The position numbers were made by a program, and so were the translations under genes. A stretch of DNA of 64,000 nt from a virus (lineage: Duplodnaviria; Caudoviricetes), in the IMG/VR virus record IMGVR_UViG_3300010376_000002, positions 9,819 through 73,818 of that record; one strand, 5' to 3'. Of the stretch, positions 38,729-47,798 are shown one piece after another (within the stretch, counting starts at the first letter, position 1; each line of letters begins with the position of its first letter). The notes beneath the pieces are model-generated. The model ran no database searches, was not told the DNA's origin, and was given only the letters and a program-made list of their open reading frames with translations.

Positions 38729-39570
38729 GCACTGCCTTACCCGCTATGTTCCCTCCGGATGCCGAGGAATCCGTTGACCTCGAGCAATCGAATTTCTCCA
38801 TGGCGCACCGGAAACCTTCCTACCCGGTGACGATTATGATGCCGTACGTCGACGGCATCCGCGGACCTGTCGTCGCCTCCATGCTCTACTATGCGAAGCA
38901 TTTGGATATCGGGTTCGAGTTAGTTGGTAATACGTTAGTAGCCCAAGCTCGCAATGAATTAGTTGGTCGGTTTCTGCGTTCAAACGCTGAATGGTCATTC
39001 TGGGTCGACAGTGACGTTTTCATCCCTTACGGCAAAGCCGATCCGTTCATCGGCTACACCAGGATTCAGAAGGGACGAAACTTCGCGGAGCACAACACGC
39101 TTCTCCGAATGATGAGTCACAACAAAGCTTTAGTCGGAGGCGTTTACGCCGGCCGATTTCGCGGAGCTCCGCTTACTATCCAACCAGACTTGGAACCGCG
39201 AAACGTGCACGACCAGCAAGTGAGCCACGCACTGAGAGAGGGCAAGCCGGCCGGCGGCTTGCACCCCGTCAATTGGGTTGCCGCCGGGCTAATGTTGGTT
39301 CACCGCGCGGTGTTCGAAAAGATCGCGGAAGCTTTTCCCTTCGAGCCGACCTATCCTAAGCAGAACTATCCCTACTTTATTCAAACCGATCGAGTAGGAG
39401 AAGACGTGTACTTTTGTCAGCAAGCCAAAGCTTGCGGAATTCAACCGTATCTCGACACTGAAGTGCGCGCCGGCCACATCGGACTCTCCTTTTTCATGCC
39501 GGAGGATTCGACACCGATCATTCCGTTACGCGGCAACCGGCCGGTCGCTCCGCCTCCACCACAGGAATGA
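38725..39570 (+). CDS. GT2-family glycosyltransferase
   Basis: VAQARNELV...FWVDSDV...AGLMLVHRAVFE...GEDVYFC...RAGHIG. Confidence 0.85.
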   Translation: MSTALPAMFPPDAEESVDLEQSNFSMAHRKPSYPVTIMMPYVDGIRGPVVASMLYYAKHLDIGFELVGNTLVAQARNELVGRFLRSNAEWSFWVDSDVFIPYGKADPFIGYTRIQKGRNFAEHNTLLRMMSHNKALVGGVYAGRFRGAPLTIQPDLEPRNVHDQQVSHALREGKPAGGLHPVNWVAAGLMLVHRAVFEKIAEAFPFEPTYPKQNYPYFIQTDRVGEDVYFCQQAKACGIQPYLDTEVRAGHIGLSFFMPEDSTPIIPLRGNRPVAPPPPQE

Positions 39571-39574
39571 AGGA

Positions 39575-39835
39575 GTGCATTCAGTAGAGTTGACTTCAGA
39601 AGAGCAGAAATTCTTACTGGCAGCACTTAAGGCGCATGCCTGTAATCAGCTCGTAGTCTCGGTGAGCAACTGGTTTGGAGTTGGTTGCAATTCGGAAGCT
39701 GACGTCAGCATGATCGAAGAAGAACTGATTAACAGCCTACGTTGGAAACTGAGCGAGAAGATCTCCTCGGAAGCGAGACAGTGGAGCGAAATTCTCCCTG
39801 ACTTCCATGAGGTAGCTGGACACGTTGCTGCTTAA
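39575..39835 (+). CDS. Hypothetical protein
   Basis: 86-aa ORF converging on 39832. Confidence 0.35.
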   Translation: MHSVELTSEEQKFLLAALKAHACNQLVVSVSNWFGVGCNSEADVSMIEEELINSLRWKLSEKISSEARQWSEILPDFHEVAGHVAA

Positions 39836-41175
39836 TTCTGCTCGATTATCGTCATCGGAGAATCGCTCTCGATTGTTATCCGATGTTTTTGCGCCGGCGT
39901 AGGTGTCGGCGTAGGTGTCGGCCGCGGAGGAGTGGGTGTCGGCTGCGGCGTGGGTGTCGGAGTCGGCTGCGGTCCACCACCACCGCTTACTGGCCCATAC
40001 TCATCAGTCGGCAAATCATTAGAAGGATGAGGGTATTGGAAAGGATGATAGGAGTAAGTGGTGCCACTGTTATCCGTTTTGAGCTGCCATTTTTTCATAG
40101 TCCCAGGCTGAGAGTCACTCACGAAATAATCCCGGTTGAGCACCACGTTCTCACCAGCACCCACTTTCATCGGGGTTCCGTCAAATTGGAAATTGTTCCA
40201 AATGTAGACGGGACTTGGATTCTGATTGATCCCGCGCGCGAGATACAACGGCTGAGAACCACCGTTTTCGTCGTACATGTGAATGATGCCGTTACCCCAC
40301 AAATTGGACCCTTCCACGTGACAGTCGAACACCACGCCACTGCCACCGCGCAGAGCGAAATAATCGCCTTGGTTCATCCCGGCAAAATCGCCTTCGGGCG
40401 GCGGCACATAAAAGGTAATGTCGTAGAACTCGAACCATCGTGCTCCCACTGATCCTGGCGTCCCATGCTGGTCGATATGGCTGCCCTTGCAGATATCGTG
40501 GCGCATCACCGTGCGGCTACCGTAATAGCCTTGTAGCGCTGCTGTGCCCCAAAAGTAGTCGTCTTGCAGTGGGTTCTTGCTGAACGTGCAATTCTCGACA
40601 TAGAGCGCTTCGTCGGTGCCGGGATGCACATCGTCTTTCCAGCCTGCTGTATTCCCAGCACCGAGACCGAAGTTATGGATCATCTCCGAGGCTCCTCCTC
40701 CGCTGAACGTACAGTGATCGACTAGACCTTTACCGTTGCCGCCAGTCTGGAAAAAGATCGATTGGGCAGTACCGCCATCGAAGGTGCAATTGTAAACCCT
40801 AAAGGTGGCTGCGTTTGGATTGCTGCTGATTTGCAGGTTGAACTGGTTTGTCCAAGCGATTCCATCCACGATAACTGGCGAAGCATCACAGGTCAGATTA
40901 CATACAAAATGATAATTCTGCGGTGTCACCGTTTCCACGGTGGTTTTATCGACGCCCGCGCCTTCCAGCCGAACACCGCGTGGACCGTTGACATAGGTAG
41001 TCCACTCGAATTTCCCGGCCGGGATCTTGACTGTGGCGCCGCTCGGTGCGGCGTTTAGTGCCGCTTGCACGTCACTTGCGCTGCCATTGGTGGTATAGAC
41101 GTTACCGCTTTTGGTAAAGCCTGGACTTGCGTGAGCCAGGGCTAAGAAAAAGAAGCTAACTAGGAACGCTTTCAT
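39832..41175 (-). CDS. Right-handed beta-helix (pectate-lyase-like) protein with signal peptide and PT linker
   Basis: MKAFLVSFFFLALAHA signal; DVQAALNAAPSGATVKIPAG; repeated VxNCTF/VDHCTF; PTPTPT tail. Confidence 0.7.
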   Translation of the reverse strand: MKAFLVSFFFLALAHASPGFTKSGNVYTTNGSASDVQAALNAAPSGATVKIPAGKFEWTTYVNGPRGVRLEGAGVDKTTVETVTPQNYHFVCNLTCDASPVIVDGIAWTNQFNLQISSNPNAATFRVYNCTFDGGTAQSIFFQTGGNGKGLVDHCTFSGGGASEMIHNFGLGAGNTAGWKDDVHPGTDEALYVENCTFSKNPLQDDYFWGTAALQGYYGSRTVMRHDICKGSHIDQHGTPGSVGARWFEFYDITFYVPPPEGDFAGMNQGDYFALRGGSGVVFDCHVEGSNLWGNGIIHMYDENGGSQPLYLARGINQNPSPVYIWNNFQFDGTPMKVGAGENVVLNRDYFVSDSQPGTMKKWQLKTDNSGTTYSYHPFQYPHPSNDLPTDEYGPVSGGGGPQPTPTPTPQPTPTPPRPTPTPTPTPAQKHRITIESDSPMTIIEQN

Positions 41176-41217
41176 TTGGGCTTGCTCGCACCTATCTGCT
41201 CCCTGAGCAAGCTACAG

Positions 41218-43308
41218 TTATAAGACTTGCGGAAAACTGTTTCCGTAGGTGCTCCGCGGCCACTGTAAAGTGATTGTCTGATGCGGATAGCGCGCCCGCC
41301 ATTCGTCATCCAACATGTCGACCGCGAGATTGATTTGGTCCATGGCGATCTGGACCGGCGCCGTTGGCATTAGCGTATTCATCGCACTTCCCCCCCCCGC
41401 GGTACGAAGCGCAGCGACGCCGGTCAAAGCTTGGATAATCGCTTCGCGCGAGCGCACGTGTAAGGGATCAGTTAGCTCGCTGATTTTGAGCCAGTTTTTC
41501 TTATATCTCAGCCTCACCCGTTTACACATCGTGCCGACCCTGATGATCCGATATTGCGGTTCAGTGTCCCACGGCCAATAGAGCGCGATGAAGTTTGTTT
41601 GCGGATAGTTGGTTTGCCAATTAGTGTTGCCGTCCCAGATCCCGGTCGGAGGAGGAAGAACAATTGGCGGCGTGGCTTGAAGTGCGAATGGATTAGTCGC
41701 GAAAAGGTTGAGAAATCCGAAGGTCGGATCTTTGGTCACCCGTTCGACTTGGTCGAAAATCTGTTTCGAAGGAGTGGTACGATTCGAGTAGCAGGGAATA
41801 TCGACACCCCAAGTTCCGCGAGAATTCAGTACGGGCTGGTCTTGGTAATAGCCGTAGACCGTAATTGTGGCGCCATTGTCCTGGGGGAGCTCGGGCACGG
41901 CAAAAAGCTGCGCCGGCCCTTTCAAGCGAAAAGCGAGCGGAGTCGAACCTTGCTCTTCCCAACCTTTTGCTAAGCGATTGGATCCATTGATGCGCGTAAA
42001 GGAACAGTTGGCACTCGTATATGGATCGCTCGGCCAGACACTCGAGCCTTGAGTTGCAGCGAGCTGCGGCCAAGGCACCCATTGGTTCGGATCCTGATCG
42101 AGGTCGCCAAACTCGCCCATGCCGGCGTAAGAAAATTCGAACCAAGGCGAATGATAGGCGCCGATCGTTCGATTGATGTTCATCGCCAGCACCGTGTCGA
42201 CGTACCGCGGTAACGCCACGTAATAATCGTCGTCCGCGCGCAAGGTAACAACGCCAGTGAGCGAGTCCCAGTATTGGCATTTGTTATACAACACCTCCAT
42301 CGTCGACGTAATCCGATCGAAAATCTTCTGCCGGCCGATCGGACCGAAGAGCCGCGCAGCATCATCATAAACGTCCGCGACGATCACGACGTCTCGCTGA
42401 CCAATCGTGAGATTGAGAGCACTGGAAACCTCGGTGGTAGCGCTCGCCGCGATGTATTGGTTGCGGGCGGCTTGCTCTTCAGTCAGAAGCTGAACCGCGA
42501 TCGCCTCGGTTTGCTGCGCCAGGTCGAAGTGCACCTCGTCCTCATACTTGATAGTCTGGCACTGCATGATAACGGCCTGCGACGAATTCAGCGGAATCAC
42601 GTCCAGAAGCGAGGTGATCTTCATGGTCTTCCGCCTGGCGAGCATCCGAACCGAGACTGCTTTCTGGCTCAGCTTGATACAGCTGAACTCCGGAAGTGTG
42701 ACCTCCGGATAGTAATAGGCCAAGATGTAGGGACCGGCCGATAAAGTCACAGTTCCCACGGTTACCGGTTTCACGACCTCAATCACTCCGTAGACATTCT
42801 GCGACGGCGCCGCCACGGTGCCGGCCGGCGCGATCGGAAGCTGGATCACGTAGTCGTTCGCACTCTTGGTTCGGATCTTGACGTTGAGTTCGAGAGCTTC
42901 GTCCGCTTCGGAGTCACTCGTTGCCGTCAGTGCCCAACCGCCGCGCGGGAATCGCCGCTGAATGGGAGAAGTGAGCCGGTCCTGCCACTGCCAGCCTGCC
43001 TCGAGGTCGGACGATCCTGGCCCATTCATTTGGAATTCATAGAGCGTGTTATGACTGAAAGCAGGGTTGCCGTTCAGGTTGCAGCGAATGGGCTTTTCGA
43101 TCTGGTAGGGTAGATAGACGTAATAGCTTTGCTGGACTGGCAGATCCAAATAAATCTGAAGCGGATCAAAGGTGACGCTGCCGGCGGCCGCACAAACTTT
43201 CCGCGCCAAGGTTTCCACGGCACGTGTCAGAACGCCGAACAAGTAGGGTTGGTCGCATCGACCCGTCACTTGTTCGACTTCGCCAATAATGTCTCCGACT
43301 AAAATCAT
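41218..43308 (-). CDS. Probable head-tail adaptor/tail tubular protein with internal duplication
   Basis: Two similar halves (YYVYLPYQIEKPI..NLNG..YEFQMNGPG vs YYVALPRYVDTVL..NINR..FEFSYAGMG). Confidence 0.5.
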   Translation of the reverse strand: MILVGDIIGEVEQVTGRCDQPYLFGVLTRAVETLARKVCAAAGSVTFDPLQIYLDLPVQQSYYVYLPYQIEKPIRCNLNGNPAFSHNTLYEFQMNGPGSSDLEAGWQWQDRLTSPIQRRFPRGGWALTATSDSEADEALELNVKIRTKSANDYVIQLPIAPAGTVAAPSQNVYGVIEVVKPVTVGTVTLSAGPYILAYYYPEVTLPEFSCIKLSQKAVSVRMLARRKTMKITSLLDVIPLNSSQAVIMQCQTIKYEDEVHFDLAQQTEAIAVQLLTEEQAARNQYIAASATTEVSSALNLTIGQRDVVIVADVYDDAARLFGPIGRQKIFDRITSTMEVLYNKCQYWDSLTGVVTLRADDDYYVALPRYVDTVLAMNINRTIGAYHSPWFEFSYAGMGEFGDLDQDPNQWVPWPQLAATQGSSVWPSDPYTSANCSFTRINGSNRLAKGWEEQGSTPLAFRLKGPAQLFAVPELPQDNGATITVYGYYQDQPVLNSRGTWGVDIPCYSNRTTPSKQIFDQVERVTKDPTFGFLNLFATNPFALQATPPIVLPPPTGIWDGNTNWQTNYPQTNFIALYWPWDTEPQYRIIRVGTMCKRVRLRYKKNWLKISELTDPLHVRSREAIIQALTGVAALRTAGGGSAMNTLMPTAPVQIAMDQINLAVDMLDDEWRARYPHQTITLQWPRSTYGNSFPQVL

Positions 43309-43493
43309 CGTGCGATTGGAACATGCCCCAAAAGACCGATCAAAACATAGATGACGTACACGACAAAAATGACAACACAGACCACCCGAATAATCTGTGC
43401 GAAGGGCGCCAAGAATGGCAGCTGATTAACCACCCAAATGACCAACCCCAAGATGATCGCTACGATGACCAAGTATAGAAGGGTCGCGATCAC
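43305..43493 (-). CDS. Small 2-TM membrane protein (holin-like)
   Basis: 62 aa, two hydrophobic helices. Confidence 0.6.
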   Translation of the reverse strand: MIATLLYLVIVAIILGLVIWVVNQLPFLAPFAQIIRVVCVVIFVVYVIYVLIGLLGHVPIAR

Positions 43494-44642
43494 TTCTTCT
43501 CTTCTTTTTTCTCCTCTTTCTTGGATTCGCCTAGACCGTGTTTTTTCGCGGCCGCATCGACCTCGTCCCGTGTCGACGGTTTCTGTTTTGCCTCGCCTTT
43601 GTGCGGCGTGACGTCGTGAATGTCCAAGTCGTAATTATGCGTCTGTTTCCCGCCCGGTTCGTCGCGACACTCGTGTCCGCGGCAGTGACCTTTGATGTGG
43701 GCTTCGAAAGGTTTGCCGGCCTCGATACCGGAGAGCTCGCCGGGCAGGTGGTGCAAGAACAAGCTAGGCGCAACTTCGTCGCTTCCGTTATCTTTTAGCA
43801 CCTTAGAGAGTTCTTTCTCCGAAGGTCGTTTTCTGGTGACTTTCATAACGTGCTCCAATCGATTGGCTTGTAAGGCAACGGATCCAGATCGTTCTCGCTC
43901 GCCGCACCAACAACCATATTGCGTTGCCACTCCGAAGCGTGAAACCCAGTGAAATCGAATGGACCAGTTCGGTCCTCTTCTGGTAGCCACCAATGGTGTT
44001 TCTCGATGATCGGCAAATGCGGATACTTGAGCTCGAGTCCTTTGCGGACGTACGGAACGGGCGCCGCCGGAGACTTTTTCAGTCCAAAGAGCGCAGCTAA
44101 GCCGCCCAAAAACAGACCTAAGAATGATCGACGTTTCATCGCTTCTTAGAACGAAACCCTCCTTTGGGTTTTTTCGCAATGTTATGCAAGTCAGCGGCCG
44201 GGATATCTCGCGCGATTCGCGCGGCTGACTTCGAGTACTTTGGCGAGACTTCGCCTTTCTGAATCCCGCGCGCGATCCCCATTATTTTCTGTTGGGGCGC
44301 CGTGGTCTTCTTGCCGTGTATTGTGCCTTTTGCTTTGCCTGGCATGGTGAACTCCTATTCGTCGAATACGAGATGCAGGGCACTAGCTATCTTCCCATTG
44401 AGTAACGCTCTTTCTTGGTCGCGCCCGTGGCGGAAGGCGAGCAGGTAAATCTGCATCACCGCAAGCAGAGCCTTGCGCTCAAAAGTGACAATGCCAGCAT
44501 CGAGCCCAAAAAGCTCTCGATCCCCTTTCAGATAAAATTTTACGCCACCGGTTTCGTTTCGTACCACGAAGTTGCCACTGTCGAGTTCGATCCTCTCGAC
44601 CAACTCGTCGTTCTCAAGACTGGTTTGAATTTCACTGCTCAT
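43490..44642 (-). CDS. Small hypothetical genes (43490-~43846, 43843-44139 with RRSFL motif, 44136-44345 basic, 44355-44642)
   Basis: ATGA-coupled chain. Confidence 0.55.
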
Positions 44643-45931
44643 GCAATCTTTCTTACGTAATCCCAGGCTACGTAGCCACTGGAATTCGCTTGATTGCTGT
44701 TGGCGTTATCGAAATCCAGAATCATATGATCCGGATAGTTGTTGTTCAGGCTTGGACCACCATTAAAGATTTCGGTGTAAAAGAGCGTCCAGTTCCATCC
44801 ATCGTTAGAAAGCCAGATTTGCAAATTGCCGCCGAAAAGGCCGATTTTTACGCGAAGGTCCAAACCGGTCATAACGAATTGCTGCCCATTATTGATCGGA
44901 CCTCCGCCGATCCCGATGTTTGTACTCGGACCATTGGTCGCCCAAGCGGTTAAAAAATAGAGACTCGCAGCAATGCCGCTAGGAGGATAAAAGGTTTGAG
45001 CCTCTATTAAGAAACCAATTGATCTAGTCGTCGAAAAGGTCAGTCCAAGATGGACATCCAGATAGTTCGAATTACCCGCAGTGGCAGGCGCATACGGGTT
45101 CATCTGGAACCGGAACTTAAATTGAAACTGAAACCCGGCCGCAAGCGGAGGATTTGCGCCAGTTCCGAAAGCTTGGCTGAGCTGAATCTTAGTGTGTCCA
45201 GTCGTACCGAAGGGTTGCACCATCTGGTAATACGTGGGCTGGAGCAAACCTGTGGTTGTGCCGGCGCTATTGCTCGGAGTCCATTTTGAACTCAGACTCG
45301 TGCCGGTGAATTCATCGTCGTAAACGCTAGGACTAAGCGGAGCTTGTAAATCCCCGTAGTCACTGGTCGCGCCCGGTAAAGGATGAACGTGGTTATCGCC
45401 TCCGACATAGGAGTTGACTTGCCCGTCAAGCTGCGCGAGCCAGCCAGGCGCAGTGGCACTAGCTAGGGCAACTCCATCGCTGCCGCCCGGCAAGTGAGTT
45501 GAACCGTGGGGCAGGGGAGTGAATGCGGCCGGAATCCCAGAGATATGAGACCAATCACTGGGAAAGACTGTCGGTTGGTTAGCAACCTGCGACCATTGGG
45601 TCGGAAAATAGGTCGGCAGATTAATTAACTGGAGATAGTCGCTAGGAGAAAAAGTCGCAGGTTTACCAGTGACACCGCTCCAGGGCACACTGTTAGCCGC
45701 ATTAGCCAAAGGCACCGATCCTCCTGCGGCCAAGTTATCAGCGGTAATCGCGTGGTCGACCTTGCCCGCGACATTGCTTGGAGCGTAGACACTTTTTAAC
45801 ATGTCTCCACCTCCTGGCCCGCTGCCGGTCGTTGCAACTGTGATCGAGGTAGCGGTTTCGGTCAGGTTGATGCCGGAGCCGCCCAGCAAAGCCTTGAGAG
45901 GTAAATAAACGCCAGCTTGTGCAAGTCCCAT
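44639..45931 (-). CDS. Tail fibre/receptor-binding protein
   Basis: WSGVTGKPATF, WSQVANQPTVFP and WSHISGIPAAFTP fibre repeats; beta-sandwich-like C-terminus. Confidence 0.7.
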   Translation of the reverse strand: MGLAQAGVYLPLKALLGGSGINLTETATSITVATTGSGPGGGDMLKSVYAPSNVAGKVDHAITADNLAAGGSVPLANAANSVPWSGVTGKPATFSPSDYLQLINLPTYFPTQWSQVANQPTVFPSDWSHISGIPAAFTPLPHGSTHLPGGSDGVALASATAPGWLAQLDGQVNSYVGGDNHVHPLPGATSDYGDLQAPLSPSVYDDEFTGTSLSSKWTPSNSAGTTTGLLQPTYYQMVQPFGTTGHTKIQLSQAFGTGANPPLAAGFQFQFKFRFQMNPYAPATAGNSNYLDVHLGLTFSTTRSIGFLIEAQTFYPPSGIAASLYFLTAWATNGPSTNIGIGGGPINNGQQFVMTGLDLRVKIGLFGGNLQIWLSNDGWNWTLFYTEIFNGGPSLNNNYPDHMILDFDNANSNQANSSGYVAWDYVRKIA

Positions 45932-45937
45932 ATGATT

Positions 45938-46693
45938 TTAGAGGGTTTGAATTGCTCCGACGAAAAACTTAAAACCGACCTGAACCGTGAAGTTCACTAA
46001 TCCCGGCGTGTCTAAGACCAGGCGCCAGCTCAGCGAGTTCGCTGCGGCCGGGAACATCATCAATAGAGAGGCCGAAGTTAGGATCGGACGCAGTAGATAG
46101 TTTTTTGCGTTCATCACACTGATGTCAGTGGATGCGGTTGCTGCAATCCAACTCGAGCTCGTCACGTCATAAACGTCAAAGTGGACCGTTCCAGCCGGCG
46201 CGGGGGCTTGGCTTGCGTCGTAGAGATAAGCCATGTCCACCGCGTAAACGCCAGGCACAGGGTTATTCAGCGTACCGGTAAAAAGCGTAGCTCCTGCTCC
46301 TGCACCCGCGCTCACGGTCGCCTTACCTTCACTGCGCAAGAGCATCTGCGATCCGAGACTCGAGTGAAAGATCAAGTCGCCACCGAGAAAATCAGTTGGA
46401 GCACCGCTGCCGGCCGGACACAAACCGTCTTGGGTGGTTGTGGCGACAGGAATCGGATCGTCTCCGTTGGCAAGATGCTGAATACCGTGAATTGGCAGAT
46501 TCAGTGCGGTAATCGCAGTGAGCGCTTTATCGACCGTGCCGGGCTGCCCGTTCGTCGCGTAGACCGACTTGAACATGTAGTCGCTCAGATCGGCCGCGGG
46601 TTGCATCACGACCAAGGGCAAACAAGGAGTATCGCCAAAATCCGTTGGCATCGGCGTTTCCACGACATCAGCTCTCGTAAATCGGGAAGGCAT
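45938..46693 (-). CDS. Tail fibre-associated protein, paralogous N-terminus to 44639
   Basis: MFKSVYA..G.VDKA.TA and HG..HL..G.D motifs shared with the neighbour. Confidence 0.6.
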   Translation of the reverse strand: MPSRFTRADVVETPMPTDFGDTPCLPLVVMQPAADLSDYMFKSVYATNGQPGTVDKALTAITALNLPIHGIQHLANGDDPIPVATTTQDGLCPAGSGAPTDFLGGDLIFHSSLGSQMLLRSEGKATVSAGAGAGATLFTGTLNNPVPGVYAVDMAYLYDASQAPAPAGTVHFDVYDVTSSSWIAATASTDISVMNAKNYLLRPILTSASLLMMFPAAANSLSWRLVLDTPGLVNFTVQVGFKFFVGAIQTL

Positions 46694-46700
46694 AAAAATG

Positions 46701-47195
46701 TTATCTCATTAATCGAGCGATTGCGGCTTGCTGGGCGCCGAGTGCGGTCGGACCCGGCGGAGGAATGACGGTGCCGCTCGACAGATCAATGTTGGTTGAA
46801 GGTAGAAAATCGATCTCGCCGCGTTTCATGGTTTGAACGACTCCTCCAGGCGAGCGGGATTTGCAGTCAAAAGCATAACGACCCTCTGGCACCTGGGCGG
46901 TGAGATCGCCCAACACAATTAAGGCAGTCCAACCGCAAGCTCCGTGATACTCGGTCCACGCCGTCACCAATAAATTGGTCGGATCAGTCGGATCCATGGA
47001 CGCTTTGACCACAAAATAAAACGAATACCCGGTGACATCAGGAGTCATCGGGCAATCGCAAAAGACTTCGATAAAGAACGCAAGCGTGTCTCCCTGGACA
47101 ACCTGCCAGCGTTCGTTTTCGTAAACGTCACCCTCACCCATCCAGAATGGGCGCATTGGTTGAGTTGGCGCGCACACTGAGTAGATTCCATCCAT
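46701..47195 (-). CDS. BppU-like structural protein
   Basis: VVQGDTL.F...DVTGYSFYFVVK...TAQVPEGRYAFD; likely ATG at 47195. Confidence 0.55.
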   Translation of the reverse strand: MDGIYSVCAPTQPMRPFWMGEGDVYENERWQVVQGDTLAFFIEVFCDCPMTPDVTGYSFYFVVKASMDPTDPTNLLVTAWTEYHGACGWTALIVLGDLTAQVPEGRYAFDCKSRSPGGVVQTMKRGEIDFLPSTNIDLSSGTVIPPPGPTALGAQQAAIARLMR

Positions 47196-47196
47196 A

Positions 47197-47688
47197 ATGG
47201 CAAGTAATTTAAAGCCGTTGATTGAGATGAAAGGGCAACAGTTCGGCAGATGGTCTGTCACGAATGAAGACCACGTGATTGTTCACAAGCAAGCTTACTG
47301 GCTTTGTATCTGCGAATGCGGTACGAGGCGATTTGTCGCGGGCCAAAATTTGCGAAACGGCAAATCTCTTAGTTGCGGGTGCCTTGCGGTCGAGAGGCAT
47401 CCGAACAAAGGAGGATGGAGTAACCATCCCTTGTACCAGCTGTATTGCAGCATGATTAAGAGGTGCGAAAATTCGCGCTCTGTTTCCTATAAATGGTACG
47501 GAGCACGTGGAATCACTGTTTGCAAACGCTGGCGAAAATCTTTCGGTAATTTTCTGCAAGACATGGGTGAAAGACCTTCGCCTGAACATTCGCTTGATCG
47601 CAAAAGAAATGACGGTCCTTATTCGCCCGAGAATTGTCGATGGGCGACTGCTCGCGATCAACGTATGAATCAAAGACGGCATAAGTAA
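47197..47688 (+). CDS. HNH homing endonuclease inserted antisense in the capsid operon
   Basis: WLCICECG...SCGC...SMIKRC...YGARGITVC..W..F..FL.DMGERP...SLDR..NDGPYSPENCRWAT. Confidence 0.92.
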   Translation: MASNLKPLIEMKGQQFGRWSVTNEDHVIVHKQAYWLCICECGTRRFVAGQNLRNGKSLSCGCLAVERHPNKGGWSNHPLYQLYCSMIKRCENSRSVSYKWYGARGITVCKRWRKSFGNFLQDMGERPSPEHSLDRKRNDGPYSPENCRWATARDQRMNQRRHK

Positions 47689-47690
47689 GT

Positions 47691-47752
47691 GCCCAGCTCC
47701 TAACAAACTGTTGGACGAGGACAGTTTGACAACGAAGAGACAGGAGCTGGGC
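47691..47752. terminator. Two-stem hairpin between convergent HNH and capsid genes
   Basis: GCCCAGCTCCT/AGGAGCTGGGC outer stem, CAAACTGT/ACAGTTTG inner stem. Confidence 0.5.
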
Positions 47753-47798
47753 TGCTCCGGTTTACTACGCTTGCTGCTTCGAACATTCTCCTAACCAG

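Noticed and set aside
39896-39970. 12-bp tandem repeats (GGTGTCGGCGTA)
   Set aside because: They encode the PT linker of the beta-helix protein and are not an independent element.
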